A stretch of DNA of 63,332 bases, the filler included. It is 7 parts of 7 records of this genome, joined end to end, with 100 filler letters (N's around TTAATTAATTAA, not from the genome) between each part and the next. Parts side by side here need not be neighbours in the genome. Positions count along the whole stretch, not along the records: positions 32,473 to 43,122 come from SRR20825019_1071; positions 43,223 to 51,033 come from SRR20825019_1078; 5 more parts are not named here. The stretch is one strand, 5' to 3'. Positions 35,401 to 44,555 of this stretch are shown in pieces. Position 1 is the first letter of the stretch. Each line of letters opens with the position of its first letter. Both the position numbers and the translations under genes were made by a program. Below the pieces are notes generated by a model. The model saw nothing but the letters and a program-made list of their open reading frames with translations, searched no databases and was not told where the DNA came from.

Positions 35401-38400
35401 CTCCTCGCAGCCACCGGAACACCTCAGGAAATCATCACCGTCATCACCTCCACTGATGCGATCGGCCCTGTGATGTTGTTGGCGTCTGGAGATCTTGCTA
35501 GCCGTACATTCGAGTCTCAAATTCCAGTCGGATACATCGACAATGATAATGCCACAGATGTCGCATATTTCTCCCTTCTCGGTACTTTTGTAATCGTCGG
35601 TGCATACAACAACTCCTGGGCCGCCATCACCATCAACACCCCTGCGAACACCAACATCATCGACCTCACTAAGATAGTCCCCGTGGCGTTTTGTCTGACG
35701 TCCACCACGGGTTGCTCATCGGCCCTAAAGGTATTTATTGTGGACGAGTTCTGCTTGATTATTTTGCGTTTCGATCGAGGAATTGGAGTCGTTCGATTCT
35801 CACTTTTGAACCCCTCTGCAGGAGGCGTTAGTGAAGTTCTCATCGTCGCTGCAGATATTTCTACTGTGACTGTCATCGACGTGGCACTGGATCCGACCGA
35901 GGGCCTTGCCTTCGCTGCAGTCCACATCAACAGTGACCCAACTAAAATCGTAAAGTTTTACTACCGGCCGGTTACAGGGGTTGTTACTGTTGCGCCCACA
36001 GTTCGAGGACTCACCTCAATGGATACGCAAGGCTTCGATGCCGAGGTAGCAACTGCAATGTACACTGACCTCGCAAAGCGCTCCCTCTGGACGCTCATCA
36101 GCACTACCGGCGCCGCAAGTATCACCGAACTTGCTCTCTTTGCCGTGGCCAGCATCTACCCCCCGATCGCAGATAGTTTCGGTGGAACCCCGATCACACT
36201 AACCGGTGAGGGATTTGCGTTGTCCATCAGTAGATGTACCTTTGGTACAACCACAGTGGAGGCTCACGTAGTGGACTCCAGGACCCTCATCTGTAACGCA
36301 TCCGCTGGAGGGGATGAAATCTGCGAAGGAAATTTCATCGAGGCGTCTCAACTAGACCGATTTACCGCCAATGGTCTCAGACTCCGACGGTCTGGAACAC
36401 CCGTTCCCACTACGGCTGTCAATGAGTATGGTGACCCACATGCCTGGTTCGAAGGTGGAACTCTCATCTCTATCGGGGGCTTCGGTTTTGCTGTTTCACC
36501 AGCCATCTCTTGTCGAATCACCGACGACGATGGATTGGATCTTATTTTCGATGCCACCTTCATCAGCACCTCCTCAGTAAGCTGTGTTATGCCACCTTCC
36601 CTTGCGGCCGGAAGTAGTGGGCCGAATAGTCAAATATCCACTTCCATTGATCGATTTATTTGGTCAAAGCCTGTCTCCTTCACCGTGATTGGATCCGCCT
36701 TTGGACTCCATGTAACACAACCCGAACAGGCCCATGTGTATAGGAGCGCTGATATTGTTGAACTGATAGACATTCGAGTGGATGTTGTCGATGATGAAAA
36801 GCATCAGCTACTGTACTACGACGGAAACGCGGAACGGCTCATTCGATTCTCAATGACGAACTTCACCGACACCCGTGCAAACGTTGCTGTCGACCCAACT
36901 TCTACTCTAATGCTCGTCATTACGTCGAATACTACAAGTCGTGGGTTTACTTACTTCAAGGGAACCGCACTTCGACGACCGGTTGTTGGAGAGGCATTTA
37001 TGGAACTTACCCACGGTACGTGGACCGCACCACTCACACTCCTCATAGCAGAGGGCGAACCACATCACCTCTCCATCTCGAAGCCCCCCTCGACGCTTAT
37101 CGACAACAAGATCCCGAAACTGGAACAGCAACCAACTGTCGTCGTTGTTGACATCAGTGGCAATGTCATCAAGAATCTACTCGACAAGTCCCTCATTGTT
37201 TCGACAGTCGTGGCGACGTATTTCGAAGGTACACATGACATCAATGCGACTGTCGTAGCCAATGTCGGTGGTGAGTTTGAATTTTCGGATATTGCTATGC
37301 GGGGGTACCATGGGCAGACGTATCGCATCACCTTCACTGCCCAGGGTGTCGATGGGGTGGTGAGCGCAGAGTTGACTGTAGGACCCTGCGCCACCACGGA
37401 GTATGGCGTCGCAGGTGCGCTAGACTGCGTCACGTGCCCCAGCTCTGCTCACTGCAATGGATCCTTCACATTTGACTTAGACCAGGGTTGGTGGCGCTCA
37501 TCGCCCCTTTCCTATAACCTCTACTACTGTGGTAAGCCATATGGAAATGAACCTGCTTGTGAGGACGGTACATGTACATCAGGGTATGTGGGGCCCCGAT
37601 GCACTCAATGTGACAGTGGCTTCGGATTGTCAGGCGACACATGTGCAAAGTGCCTCGACACCACCTCCAACATATTTATTGTGGTGGTTGTTCTTGCGGT
37701 TGCGATTGTGGTGTTGTCGGTTGTTGTCTATACAGCCCTACGCTCCACAAAGCGCAGCCCCCTCCCCGTCCTCATCAAGATTCTACTCAATCACATTCAG
37801 ATCAGCTCCCAGCTTGGAGGGATCGTGGGGACTCTTCCGGGGCTAGTATTGTCGATGGTTGGATGGCAACAGAGCGTCGGCTCAGCCGATCCCTCTGCCC
37901 TTCCCGCCTTCGATTGTTTGTTTGCTCCCAGCTTCTACGAAACATTCCTCTTCACTGCGAGTCTACCGTGGATCATCCTGCTTGCTGCAGTCGTAGCTCT
38001 TCGATTCCTTACAAAAAGAGAAATTCGATTGGAAATTGAGGATGTTGAAAAGCAGGAGGATGAGAAGCGCCAAATGGGCCCGTTCGAATCCCTCGAAGAC
38101 TACAACGCCCGCCGCCGTGAACTTGGCCTCGTCGACGATGAAGGTGCCCTTTTATCTGGCAACCATCCAAACAACACAGTCTTCGCACGACAAGGTGCAA
38201 GAAGTACTGCAGCCACTATGTTGAATCGTCGTAATCGTCTTCGGAAGGTTCATGTGCAGCTAGAGCGGCTCCAACGCGCAGCTGCCGTCCTTTCGACCCT
38301 GCAGCTATCTCAAGAACGATCCGACGCGATTCTTTGGCTCCGAAAGATGCAACACAAACTTCTACAAGAGCTCGGAACCCTCGAAGAAACATTCGGCTTC

Positions 38401-41400
38401 AACTCCGATGCAACTACTCAACATAAGCAGCTCGATAAGGTTAAGCGACATGCCTCTCGACGAAGGAAGCAGCGAGAAGCAAACAAGGCCCAAAGAAGAC
38501 GGAAGGCAACTGAGAGCTCGTCCAATCGCAGACGAGCCCACATTGGTGGTGAGACCTTCGCATCAAGTTCCAGCGAAAGTGAAGACGAGGGTGAAGCAGC
38601 CCGCTCCACCAATGACAACAAGCTTTCCGAGATGCACCTTCAGGCCTTGGCATTTGGATACGTCCCTGTCGGTGAAACCGAATTCGTAAACTTGGAGAAG
38701 GCTAAACGAGAAAATCACGAACTACTTTTGAAGGCGAGTGAAAAGAAATCTCGTCGTGATCGCAAGAAGGAACTCGAAGCGGTGCAAATTCGGGTTGAGA
38801 AGGAAGAGCTCACACGCGATCACGATCGCCATGTCGCTCGAACCAAGGACCTCCAACACGGCTTCGCCGTCACCAATCCTGTTCTCCTTACCAACTACGA
38901 TGCAGAAGATGGAAACGCCTCCACAGACAAGCAACATCGCCCCTCATCCAGTGATGATGGTGATGGTGAATTCTCAGAGCCAGGCATCATAATGCCATCC
39001 CCTCCTACCACAAGTTTCGCGCCAATGATGATGAACCATAATGATAACGACAACGATGATATCATTGGCAAAAATCAGAAGAAAATGAGGAAGAAGCGAG
39101 CTGTGACAATTGCGAATGAGGATGAGTCAAGCTCATCTTCCAGTCACTCTTCTGATTCCCTGACAGGCGAGTCAGACACCTTCAACCCTGACCAATACCT
39201 ACAACCATCAGCTTCCACCAAGCACATTGGAAAGACCTCCCGGAAACATCGTAAATTGCAACAAAAGCGAGATGATGACGATGTAGGTGCAGCATCCGCC
39301 TCCAGTCCTGCTTCTCCTGGTCAGACAAGAAAGCAACGAAAGGATCGTCGTGGAAATAAAAAATCTAACCGTCGCGTTGTGTTCGAGGACGATGATGAGA
39401 ACATCAACGCCAGCGACGATGATGACAACCAAGACGAAAACTTCGAATTGTTAGATGAAAGCCGCCTTCTCGCAAAGCAAGCCCGAAGCGAAATGAAGTT
39501 ACTTTCACAAGCTCTTGGGTTCCTCGATGGGGCTGTTGTGGATGGAATCGACTCGGATACTGACAGTAATATCATCGGTGTCAATCAGTATGATAAAACT
39601 CGCCAGGAGCTCCAACTCACGAAGCCAATGATGTTCCTCAACGAAGAGCGTACAAGGGCCGAGAACCGACAAGATCGTCGCGAGCATGAAGATCGCTTGA
39701 AAAATATCGTGTCAGCTGAAACGATCGCGATGGAGCAGCGAAGAAAAATTGACCGAGATGTACTTCAGTTAACGAAATTCCCTAGCTCGTCTGAACATGA
39801 TGAAGAGGAGGATGAATCACGTATCGGCTACTTCGACGACGCCGGCACCTTCCATCTTCACCCACACCTACATGGCCACGCAGCCGACATTGCTCCGAGC
39901 GACAACGATGACGACAACGGTGAGGATGATGTCTGGCCAAAGAGCGATGCAGCATCATGTGGCGAAAACGAATCTGGCGACTTTTCTTCACCATCAGCAA
40001 CGACTTTGAAGAATCGTAGAAAGTCAAGAGCAACTCTCAAGAGTGGCTCCGTTGTTTCAGAATCATCAGCACAACGTAAAAGTCGCGTACAAACTGAACC
40101 ACTACCATCCAAAAACTCTCGCTTTACACGTAGTAGGAAGAATCCCATTGTGAAATCCAGCAGTGCAAAACTTGCACACTCGGCCTCACAAAAGCAGCAG
40201 CAACAGCACTCTCAACGCCGATCCACTGGTGGTCGCCATGAGGGCGAAATGGCAGCCATAGAAGACTACTTTGCTTCTGAACTTGCAACTCGAAAGCGAA
40301 CCAACGCAAACCATCGACACAAGAACAATGGTATCAAGAACGGGCAACAGTACGACGATCTGGATGCGGTTCTTGATCGCTCGCAAATCATGGACACCCT
40401 TTCACGACTCCAACTTCCACAACAGGATGTCGCCGCCCTTGGTATGTTTGATGAACTCCAAGGGAAATCTATTTTCGAGGATGATGAAGATGGTAGCAGC
40501 GCCTCCCAAAGCGAGGGTGATAAGGATGAAAACAACGACGCTCCTACTTCTAAAAATTCTAGGCGATCTCCGAAGAAGAGTGGTGGCGGAAAGCCAATTG
40601 AAAATCGGATTGGCAACAAGCGCACAGCCCTCATTGGTGGCCTCAGGGCAGCGACTGGTGGCGGTGAAAGCGAATCTGAATCAGAAGAAGAGAATCGCGA
40701 TGAGACTTTGAATTTCCTTGACGCACACTCCAAGCGCCGCGCCACAATAAAGCCAGTAAACATGGTGAGGGATAAGACTGATGATGAAGATGATGAGTCG
40801 GAAACAAATGGCGGAGCTCCAACTCTGAAAAATGCCGATGGAACCAGTAAGGTCGACGATCACAACAATGCAGCTGATAACGAAGACGATGATCCATTTG
40901 TCAGGGTTCGACTTGCTGCTGAGCGAGAAATGCGAGGTGAAGTGCCTCTCACGTCAACTGAGCTGAAAGCGTCCGCAGACCAGACACTCACAACAACCTT
41001 CAGGAAGAAGGCTGTCCTTGCAGCTGTCGTTATCTTCTTGTTACTTTACCCAACAATTATCCAAAAGTGTTTGTTGATGGTGAAATGTGACGATTTGGAT
41101 TATGGTCCGCCTTCCACCGACTACCCTGAGGGTGGTAAGCATAGCCTTCTCTTCTCTGATCGATCGATTGATTGTAGCACACTCCTCCACGACAGGTACT
41201 CCGCTGCTGCATTAGTGATCGGATTTGCATATGGTGTTGGAGTACCCCTTTCTATCACCCTCTACATCTACATCCTGAAACGTCGCCGTGGTGTTGAGCA
41301 AGCCCTCACCACATTCGCCTACTATACTGCTGGTTATCGTGTTTCGATGTGGTGGTGGGAGGGGGTCATTTTAACTCGTAAATTGGCCTTGGTTGCGATT

Positions 41401-42975
41401 TCTGTCTTCATCACAGATGACAGTCTTCGGTTGTACATCGCCATGTGGTTCTTGTCACTTGCGCTCGTAAGTCACATCCAAGCCCATCCGTTCACCAACC
41501 AAACCCTTCACAACGTCGAAACCATTTCACTGTCTACAATCGTCATCACACTCAACATTGCACTCTTGTTTGAGTTCACAGAAACAGACTCCTTCTTGTA
41601 CAATACTCTTGCTATTGTTATCGTACTGCTGAACATTTTTGCACTTGCTTGCATCTTGTTCTTCATGGCCAGAGAGCTCAAATCAACCATCAAAACCTAC
41701 ATAGACGAGCATGGCCCAAGAGCTTGGAAAATTGTGACTGCGGTTGTCTCATTCATACCAGGTGTTGGTAATTGGATTGAGAAGCGTCGTCGAAGGAACC
41801 TTCTGATTGCCAGAGAGAAGGCGGAGGAAGAAGCACGAAAGCTTAATATGGAAGATGATGCTACCAGGATGGCAAGGCTCCGAGAGGAGTACCTGAAGGA
41901 AGCTCATCCCACCATGTTGCAACGAGTTGTCAACTACTGCAAGGAAGTGTGGGATGGCGATGCAGCAACTCAGGAACGACTTCAAATTGAGCGAGAAGAA
42001 AAGTCAGCTGAAGATCGACGAACAAAACAAGAAAATGACCCACTGCATGACGCGAAGGCGCTTGTGCGCGGTCGTGGTCAAACAGAAGGTACTGTCGCTG
42101 TTGAAGTTGGTGACACTCACAATGAAGATGATTTCTACTTTGAATTTGTGAGCGAGAGCGTCACCGAAAGTGACAACCCAGACGCAGGAGGAGGAAGTGA
42201 TGACAACAACAACCATAACAAGTACCCAGCAAATGCCGAGGGGCAACTTGTTGTGAGCAATCCACTTAACCGTCTTGACCGCAGTGCATGGGAGTACTCC
42301 TCTGATGAAGATCGTGAGAGGGAAGAGGAGTTGTTTGGACCCGCAACATCCGAGCGAACCAACTACTTTAGACATCACCGCCTGCCAAAGTCTGCAGCCG
42401 TTTCTGCCCCAGATGCACTCAACAATACATCAAAGGCAGAAAATACTCAACGACGCCGTCGAAAGGTCATTCAACGAAGGAGAAGGGCTCATGCATCGAC
42501 TATTGTTGAGGAAGACCCAACGTCCACTGAAGGTCCCTCTGCCACAGCACCTTCCTCCAGTCGAGTACGAAGCTTCTGGGACATCATTATTCGCACCATC
42601 AATGGAGATGTCCGTGATCTTTGGCAAGCCCCTGAAAACACTGACGAACAATGGAGGGATGTTGTTGATGGTGACATGCGGCTCTTCAGCTTGCTCGATG
42701 ATGACGTGCGCACGCTCTACGTAGCTAATCGCGCGGATATCGAAATTCTAAATGCAGTTATTGAAGAAAAGTCAAGGAGGATTTCATCCCTATCAAACGC
42801 ACTTTCGGAGCGGCAAGATCGCCACGAAAAGATGCTTGCTATGCGGGACGCCCTTCAAGGGAGCGGAACGGCAAGAGTTCTCAGCCAAGCTGTGGAGCAA
42901 TACCTTGAACAGACTGAAAAGGAGAAGTCGGGTGAATCAAAGCGTTTTGTTGAAACAGGCGCATTCTCCAATTAA
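32473..42975 (+). CDS. Giant (>3500 aa, 5'-truncated) laminin/EGF-like repeat + IPT/TIG + Cys-rich, multi-pass membrane protein
   Basis: The frame is open from the contig edge (32473). It has many CSGHGxC..C.C..GY.G..C repeats, IPT-like YPPIADSFGGTPITLTGEGF and GGTLISIGGFGF, a juxtamembrane Cys-rich region (GWWRSS..GYVGPRC..C), TM helices with KILLNHIQI and later LYP..C/WWWEGVILTRK motifs. No introns. Confidence 0.85.
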   Translation, partial: SFCELTCPGAPSSVCSGNGRCNDFGTCDCSIGFRGADCSTVCPGGVNNICSGHGTCLSSGVCTCTADLTSGYYGGLACDVCADQWFGLQCTQQCPFSNNTMCAGHGVCQNIEVVCKCDSSALNGYWEGAACDACQYGYFGDTCQRACPGSACVPCLNNGVCDMGRTASGLCTCVDNSTGHWSPPSCADCVTGYWGGQCINDCKFVGGLICAGHGECNGGIRGDGNCTCFSDAVNGWWMGELCQSCQPGYFGSACDRKCPGLAATGLVCSGRGTCADGLFGNGTCSCQTDYRGTSCTIPCPKNSTGFVCSDRGVCIQDTTATGVCICTAGNYSGTSCQECSDNYYGTSCTACDCGEHGVCNDGITADGTCFCAYGYAGVKCDKECDGGALSPCSGHGSCSISTGGCTCDNSTGLYTGGDCSQCAVGYESRECNVSCPVNPNTGDICSNMGSCFEGLCFCNTGSCDTSCNVTGVAACDAFLCPLGYWGPSCEHSCPGMPTSICSNAGSCIEGKFGIGTCVCQRGYSGTNCERSCPGLTSPCYYNGICNEVASTCTCFAGFAGKACDIVCPTSGGVRCGGHGSCNDTSIGDGKCICDLGWTSSTCTSICPGGLTTPCGFHGICTNNNTCICDGNFGGLACERCKQGFRGVSCDSLCVHGTTVGIDCVCDQYYSGINCNIPCPGMSVGNCTDLDCLDRGSSDCEGVCVWDSLQQACFGQVSCLRGMCSGRGLCQHGANESGVCACEADFYGAACTTYCTAQNCIQTLSVSNAQCNSLGSCGCQDDETAHFDNLLSGCTDCKATWFGPTCSFKCPCNDHGGCDQVTGTCECAGDFATGFWDGDSCDSCLDGYVGELCNRLNVEITRFDTTTAFQYPTGNYFQGFLIVDSIYNISYLGTTPFACIDNNKVANKTTSVGNFGQPMLAYESDSHVFVVFSHKDTVYANVDVYSIQRNDSTCSTMALQNSYRMAFATRAASSRRMLLAATGTPQEIITVITSTDAIGPVMLLASGDLASRTFESQIPVGYIDNDNATDVAYFSLLGTFVIVGAYNNSWAAITINTPANTNIIDLTKIVPVAFCLTSTTGCSSALKVFIVDEFCLIILRFDRGIGVVRFSLLNPSAGGVSEVLIVAADISTVTVIDVALDPTEGLAFAAVHINSDPTKIVKFYYRPVTGVVTVAPTVRGLTSMDTQGFDAEVATAMYTDLAKRSLWTLISTTGAASITELALFAVASIYPPIADSFGGTPITLTGEGFALSISRCTFGTTTVEAHVVDSRTLICNASAGGDEICEGNFIEASQLDRFTANGLRLRRSGTPVPTTAVNEYGDPHAWFEGGTLISIGGFGFAVSPAISCRITDDDGLDLIFDATFISTSSVSCVMPPSLAAGSSGPNSQISTSIDRFIWSKPVSFTVIGSAFGLHVTQPEQAHVYRSADIVELIDIRVDVVDDEKHQLLYYDGNAERLIRFSMTNFTDTRANVAVDPTSTLMLVITSNTTSRGFTYFKGTALRRPVVGEAFMELTHGTWTAPLTLLIAEGEPHHLSISKPPSTLIDNKIPKLEQQPTVVVVDISGNVIKNLLDKSLIVSTVVATYFEGTHDINATVVANVGGEFEFSDIAMRGYHGQTYRITFTAQGVDGVVSAELTVGPCATTEYGVAGALDCVTCPSSAHCNGSFTFDLDQGWWRSSPLSYNLYYCGKPYGNEPACEDGTCTSGYVGPRCTQCDSGFGLSGDTCAKCLDTTSNIFIVVVVLAVAIVVLSVVVYTALRSTKRSPLPVLIKILLNHIQISSQLGGIVGTLPGLVLSMVGWQQSVGSADPSALPAFDCLFAPSFYETFLFTASLPWIILLAAVVALRFLTKREIRLEIEDVEKQEDEKRQMGPFESLEDYNARRRELGLVDDEGALLSGNHPNNTVFARQGARSTAATMLNRRNRLRKVHVQLERLQRAAAVLSTLQLSQERSDAILWLRKMQHKLLQELGTLEETFGFNSDATTQHKQLDKVKRHASRRRKQREANKAQRRRKATESSSNRRRAHIGGETFASSSSESEDEGEAARSTNDNKLSEMHLQALAFGYVPVGETEFVNLEKAKRENHELLLKASEKKSRRDRKKELEAVQIRVEKEELTRDHDRHVARTKDLQHGFAVTNPVLLTNYDAEDGNASTDKQHRPSSSDDGDGEFSEPGIIMPSPPTTSFAPMMMNHNDNDNDDIIGKNQKKMRKKRAVTIANEDESSSSSSHSSDSLTGESDTFNPDQYLQPSASTKHIGKTSRKHRKLQQKRDDDDVGAASASSPASPGQTRKQRKDRRGNKKSNRRVVFEDDDENINASDDDDNQDENFELLDESRLLAKQARSEMKLLSQALGFLDGAVVDGIDSDTDSNIIGVNQYDKTRQELQLTKPMMFLNEERTRAENRQDRREHEDRLKNIVSAETIAMEQRRKIDRDVLQLTKFPSSSEHDEEEDESRIGYFDDAGTFHLHPHLHGHAADIAPSDNDDDNGEDDVWPKSDAASCGENESGDFSSPSATTLKNRRKSRATLKSGSVVSESSAQRKSRVQTEPLPSKNSRFTRSRKNPIVKSSSAKLAHSASQKQQQQHSQRRSTGGRHEGEMAAIEDYFASELATRKRTNANHRHKNNGIKNGQQYDDLDAVLDRSQIMDTLSRLQLPQQDVAALGMFDELQGKSIFEDDEDGSSASQSEGDKDENNDAPTSKNSRRSPKKSGGGKPIENRIGNKRTALIGGLRAATGGGESESESEEENRDETLNFLDAHSKRRATIKPVNMVRDKTDDEDDESETNGGAPTLKNADGTSKVDDHNNAADNEDDDPFVRVRLAAEREMRGEVPLTSTELKASADQTLTTTFRKKAVLAAVVIFLLLYPTIIQKCLLMVKCDDLDYGPPSTDYPEGGKHSLLFSDRSIDCSTLLHDRYSAAALVIGFAYGVGVPLSITLYIYILKRRRGVEQALTTFAYYTAGYRVSMWWWEGVILTRKLALVAISVFITDDSLRLYIAMWFLSLALVSHIQAHPFTNQTLHNVETISLSTIVITLNIALLFEFTETDSFLYNTLAIVIVLLNIFALACILFFMARELKSTIKTYIDEHGPRAWKIVTAVVSFIPGVGNWIEKRRRRNLLIAREKAEEEARKLNMEDDATRMARLREEYLKEAHPTMLQRVVNYCKEVWDGDAATQERLQIEREEKSAEDRRTKQENDPLHDAKALVRGRGQTEGTVAVEVGDTHNEDDFYFEFVSESVTESDNPDAGGGSDDNNNHNKYPANAEGQLVVSNPLNRLDRSAWEYSSDEDREREEELFGPATSERTNYFRHHRLPKSAAVSAPDALNNTSKAENTQRRRRKVIQRRRRAHASTIVEEDPTSTEGPSATAPSSSRVRSFWDIIIRTINGDVRDLWQAPENTDEQWRDVVDGDMRLFSLLDDDVRTLYVANRADIEILNAVIEEKSRRISSLSNALSERQDRHEKMLAMRDALQGSGTARVLSQAVEQYLEQTEKEKSGESKRFVETGAFSN

Positions 42976-43102
42976 TTTACCACAACTAGAAAACTTATCG
43001 CTTATAAATTATTATCACTTATTTGTTGGAACGTTTCTTGATTTTTGTGTTTTCTAATCTTACATCTTCCTTTCTGTCAAAGGCCTGATCATGGCCGCAC
43101 GA

Positions 43103-43122
43103 GGCCGGATGGTCGAGCGGTC
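43103..43122 (+). tRNA. Probable 5' fragment of a type II tRNA gene (Leu-like), truncated by contig end
   Basis: GGCCGGA-TG-GTCGAGCGGTC fits acceptor 5' strand + T8 + D-arm/A-box (TGGNNNAGNGG). Only 20 nt are visible and there is no anticodon. Confidence 0.45.
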
Positions 43123-43222
43123 NNNNNNNNNNNNNNNNNNNNNNNNNNNNNNNNNNNNNNNNNNNNTTAATTAATTAANNNNNNNNNNNNNNNNNNNNNN
43201 NNNNNNNNNNNNNNNNNNNNNN
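43123..43222. other. Artificial contig-joining spacer
   Basis: N run with TTAATTAATTAA. Confidence 0.98.
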
Positions 43223-43441
43223 GTTTCCCCCACATCATCCCCTTCCCCGGCCAATGATGATGACGACAACAAGGGGCTCATAATTGGAGTTGTCTGTGGT
43301 GTTGTGGCGGCTGTGATTATTGTGGGTGTTATTGGGTTTGTTGTACGCCAGAGGAATAGGAGTACACACTCTAAGATGACGGACCTCGAGATGGACTACT
43401 CTCACGACACCAACATCCAACTACCACATCGGGAGCTTTAA
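43223..43441 (+). CDS. 3' end of a type I membrane protein (5'-truncated)
   Basis: Manual translation: VSPTSSPSPANDDDDNKGLIIGVVCGVVAAVIIVGVIGFVVRQRNRS...HREL*, i.e. stalk, TM helix and basic stop-transfer. Confidence 0.65.
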   Translation, partial: VSPTSSPSPANDDDDNKGLIIGVVCGVVAAVIIVGVIGFVVRQRNRSTHSKMTDLEMDYSHDTNIQLPHREL

Positions 43442-44555
43442 ATAGAAAAAAATATAGAGAGAGTCGTACATCGAACACTATGGTTCTTTTTGATGCTCCT
43501 CTCATTTTTTTTTGGTTAAAAGTCTCCTTCTCGAATTCATTTATTCGTAACAAAAGCACTTTTAAAACACCATATCGCCCCAGGTACCCTACACGTACCA
43601 CCTCATCAGGCAACACACATACCACCACAAACACACACACACACACGCTCTCTACCATTATTTTTACTATTTTAGCACCCACGCACACACACACAAACAC
43701 ATTTTACAAACAAATATAATCATATCAAAAAGAGGTACGCAACAAGGAGAAAATAGGGGAAAATAGCGCACATCATGTCGACTAGTTTTTATTTTCATAT
43801 CACCGTTTTCATCATCACTCTGATGAGTGAGCGCATTAACACTGCGATGATGAAGAGAAAGAAGAAATAGAGAAAAATGTCCGAAAATGGATTGGCACGA
43901 AACCAATCTCCATATTGGACCAGCATTCAACATTCCCATTTATTTGTTGGGGTTGGTGGGCTAAAAGGAAAGTAGACCGTGATGGGGTATTGCCTCCCCC
44001 TCCTTAAAATGAAAGAGAGTAGGCCCCTGATAGCTGTATTTGAGGATATATATATACGATGTTGTTGTATGCATTATTTTTCATCCATCATTCTCACAAT
44101 TTATCACTTTCACTACAAACCTACAGCTCTCTAACAACTCTCTTCTTCCCTGCGAATCCGTGATAATATATATTTATTATATTCAAATAATAAATGATGT
44201 ATGGATAGTGACATGGACTTGCTTCGAAAGAACTAGTGTCTGTGTTGCGCATCGTTCCTATTGTGTTGCCACTTGTCCACTGTGCAAAATATATTTACAC
44301 GATTTTCTATCTTCTTTCTTCACACATTTTTCTTCGTTTCAAGTGTATAGGACTTCAAAGTAGTTTTAGATCTCACACAAAACACCGCACTCGCCATCAA
44401 GCACCCACACGACTTTAAAAGACAAGAAGAAGTATTTCGTAACACGTAAGAACGTCTTCACATCAACACTCACACGTTCGAAAACATACACCAGGCCCGT
44501 GCGTATTTCTTCTTCTACAATTATCGACTTCCATATCATATTCACACATACTACT

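Noticed and set aside
43371-44420. Short hydrophobic ORFs in the AT/CA-rich spacer
   Set aside because: Low-complexity UTR/intergenic sequence without coding signatures.
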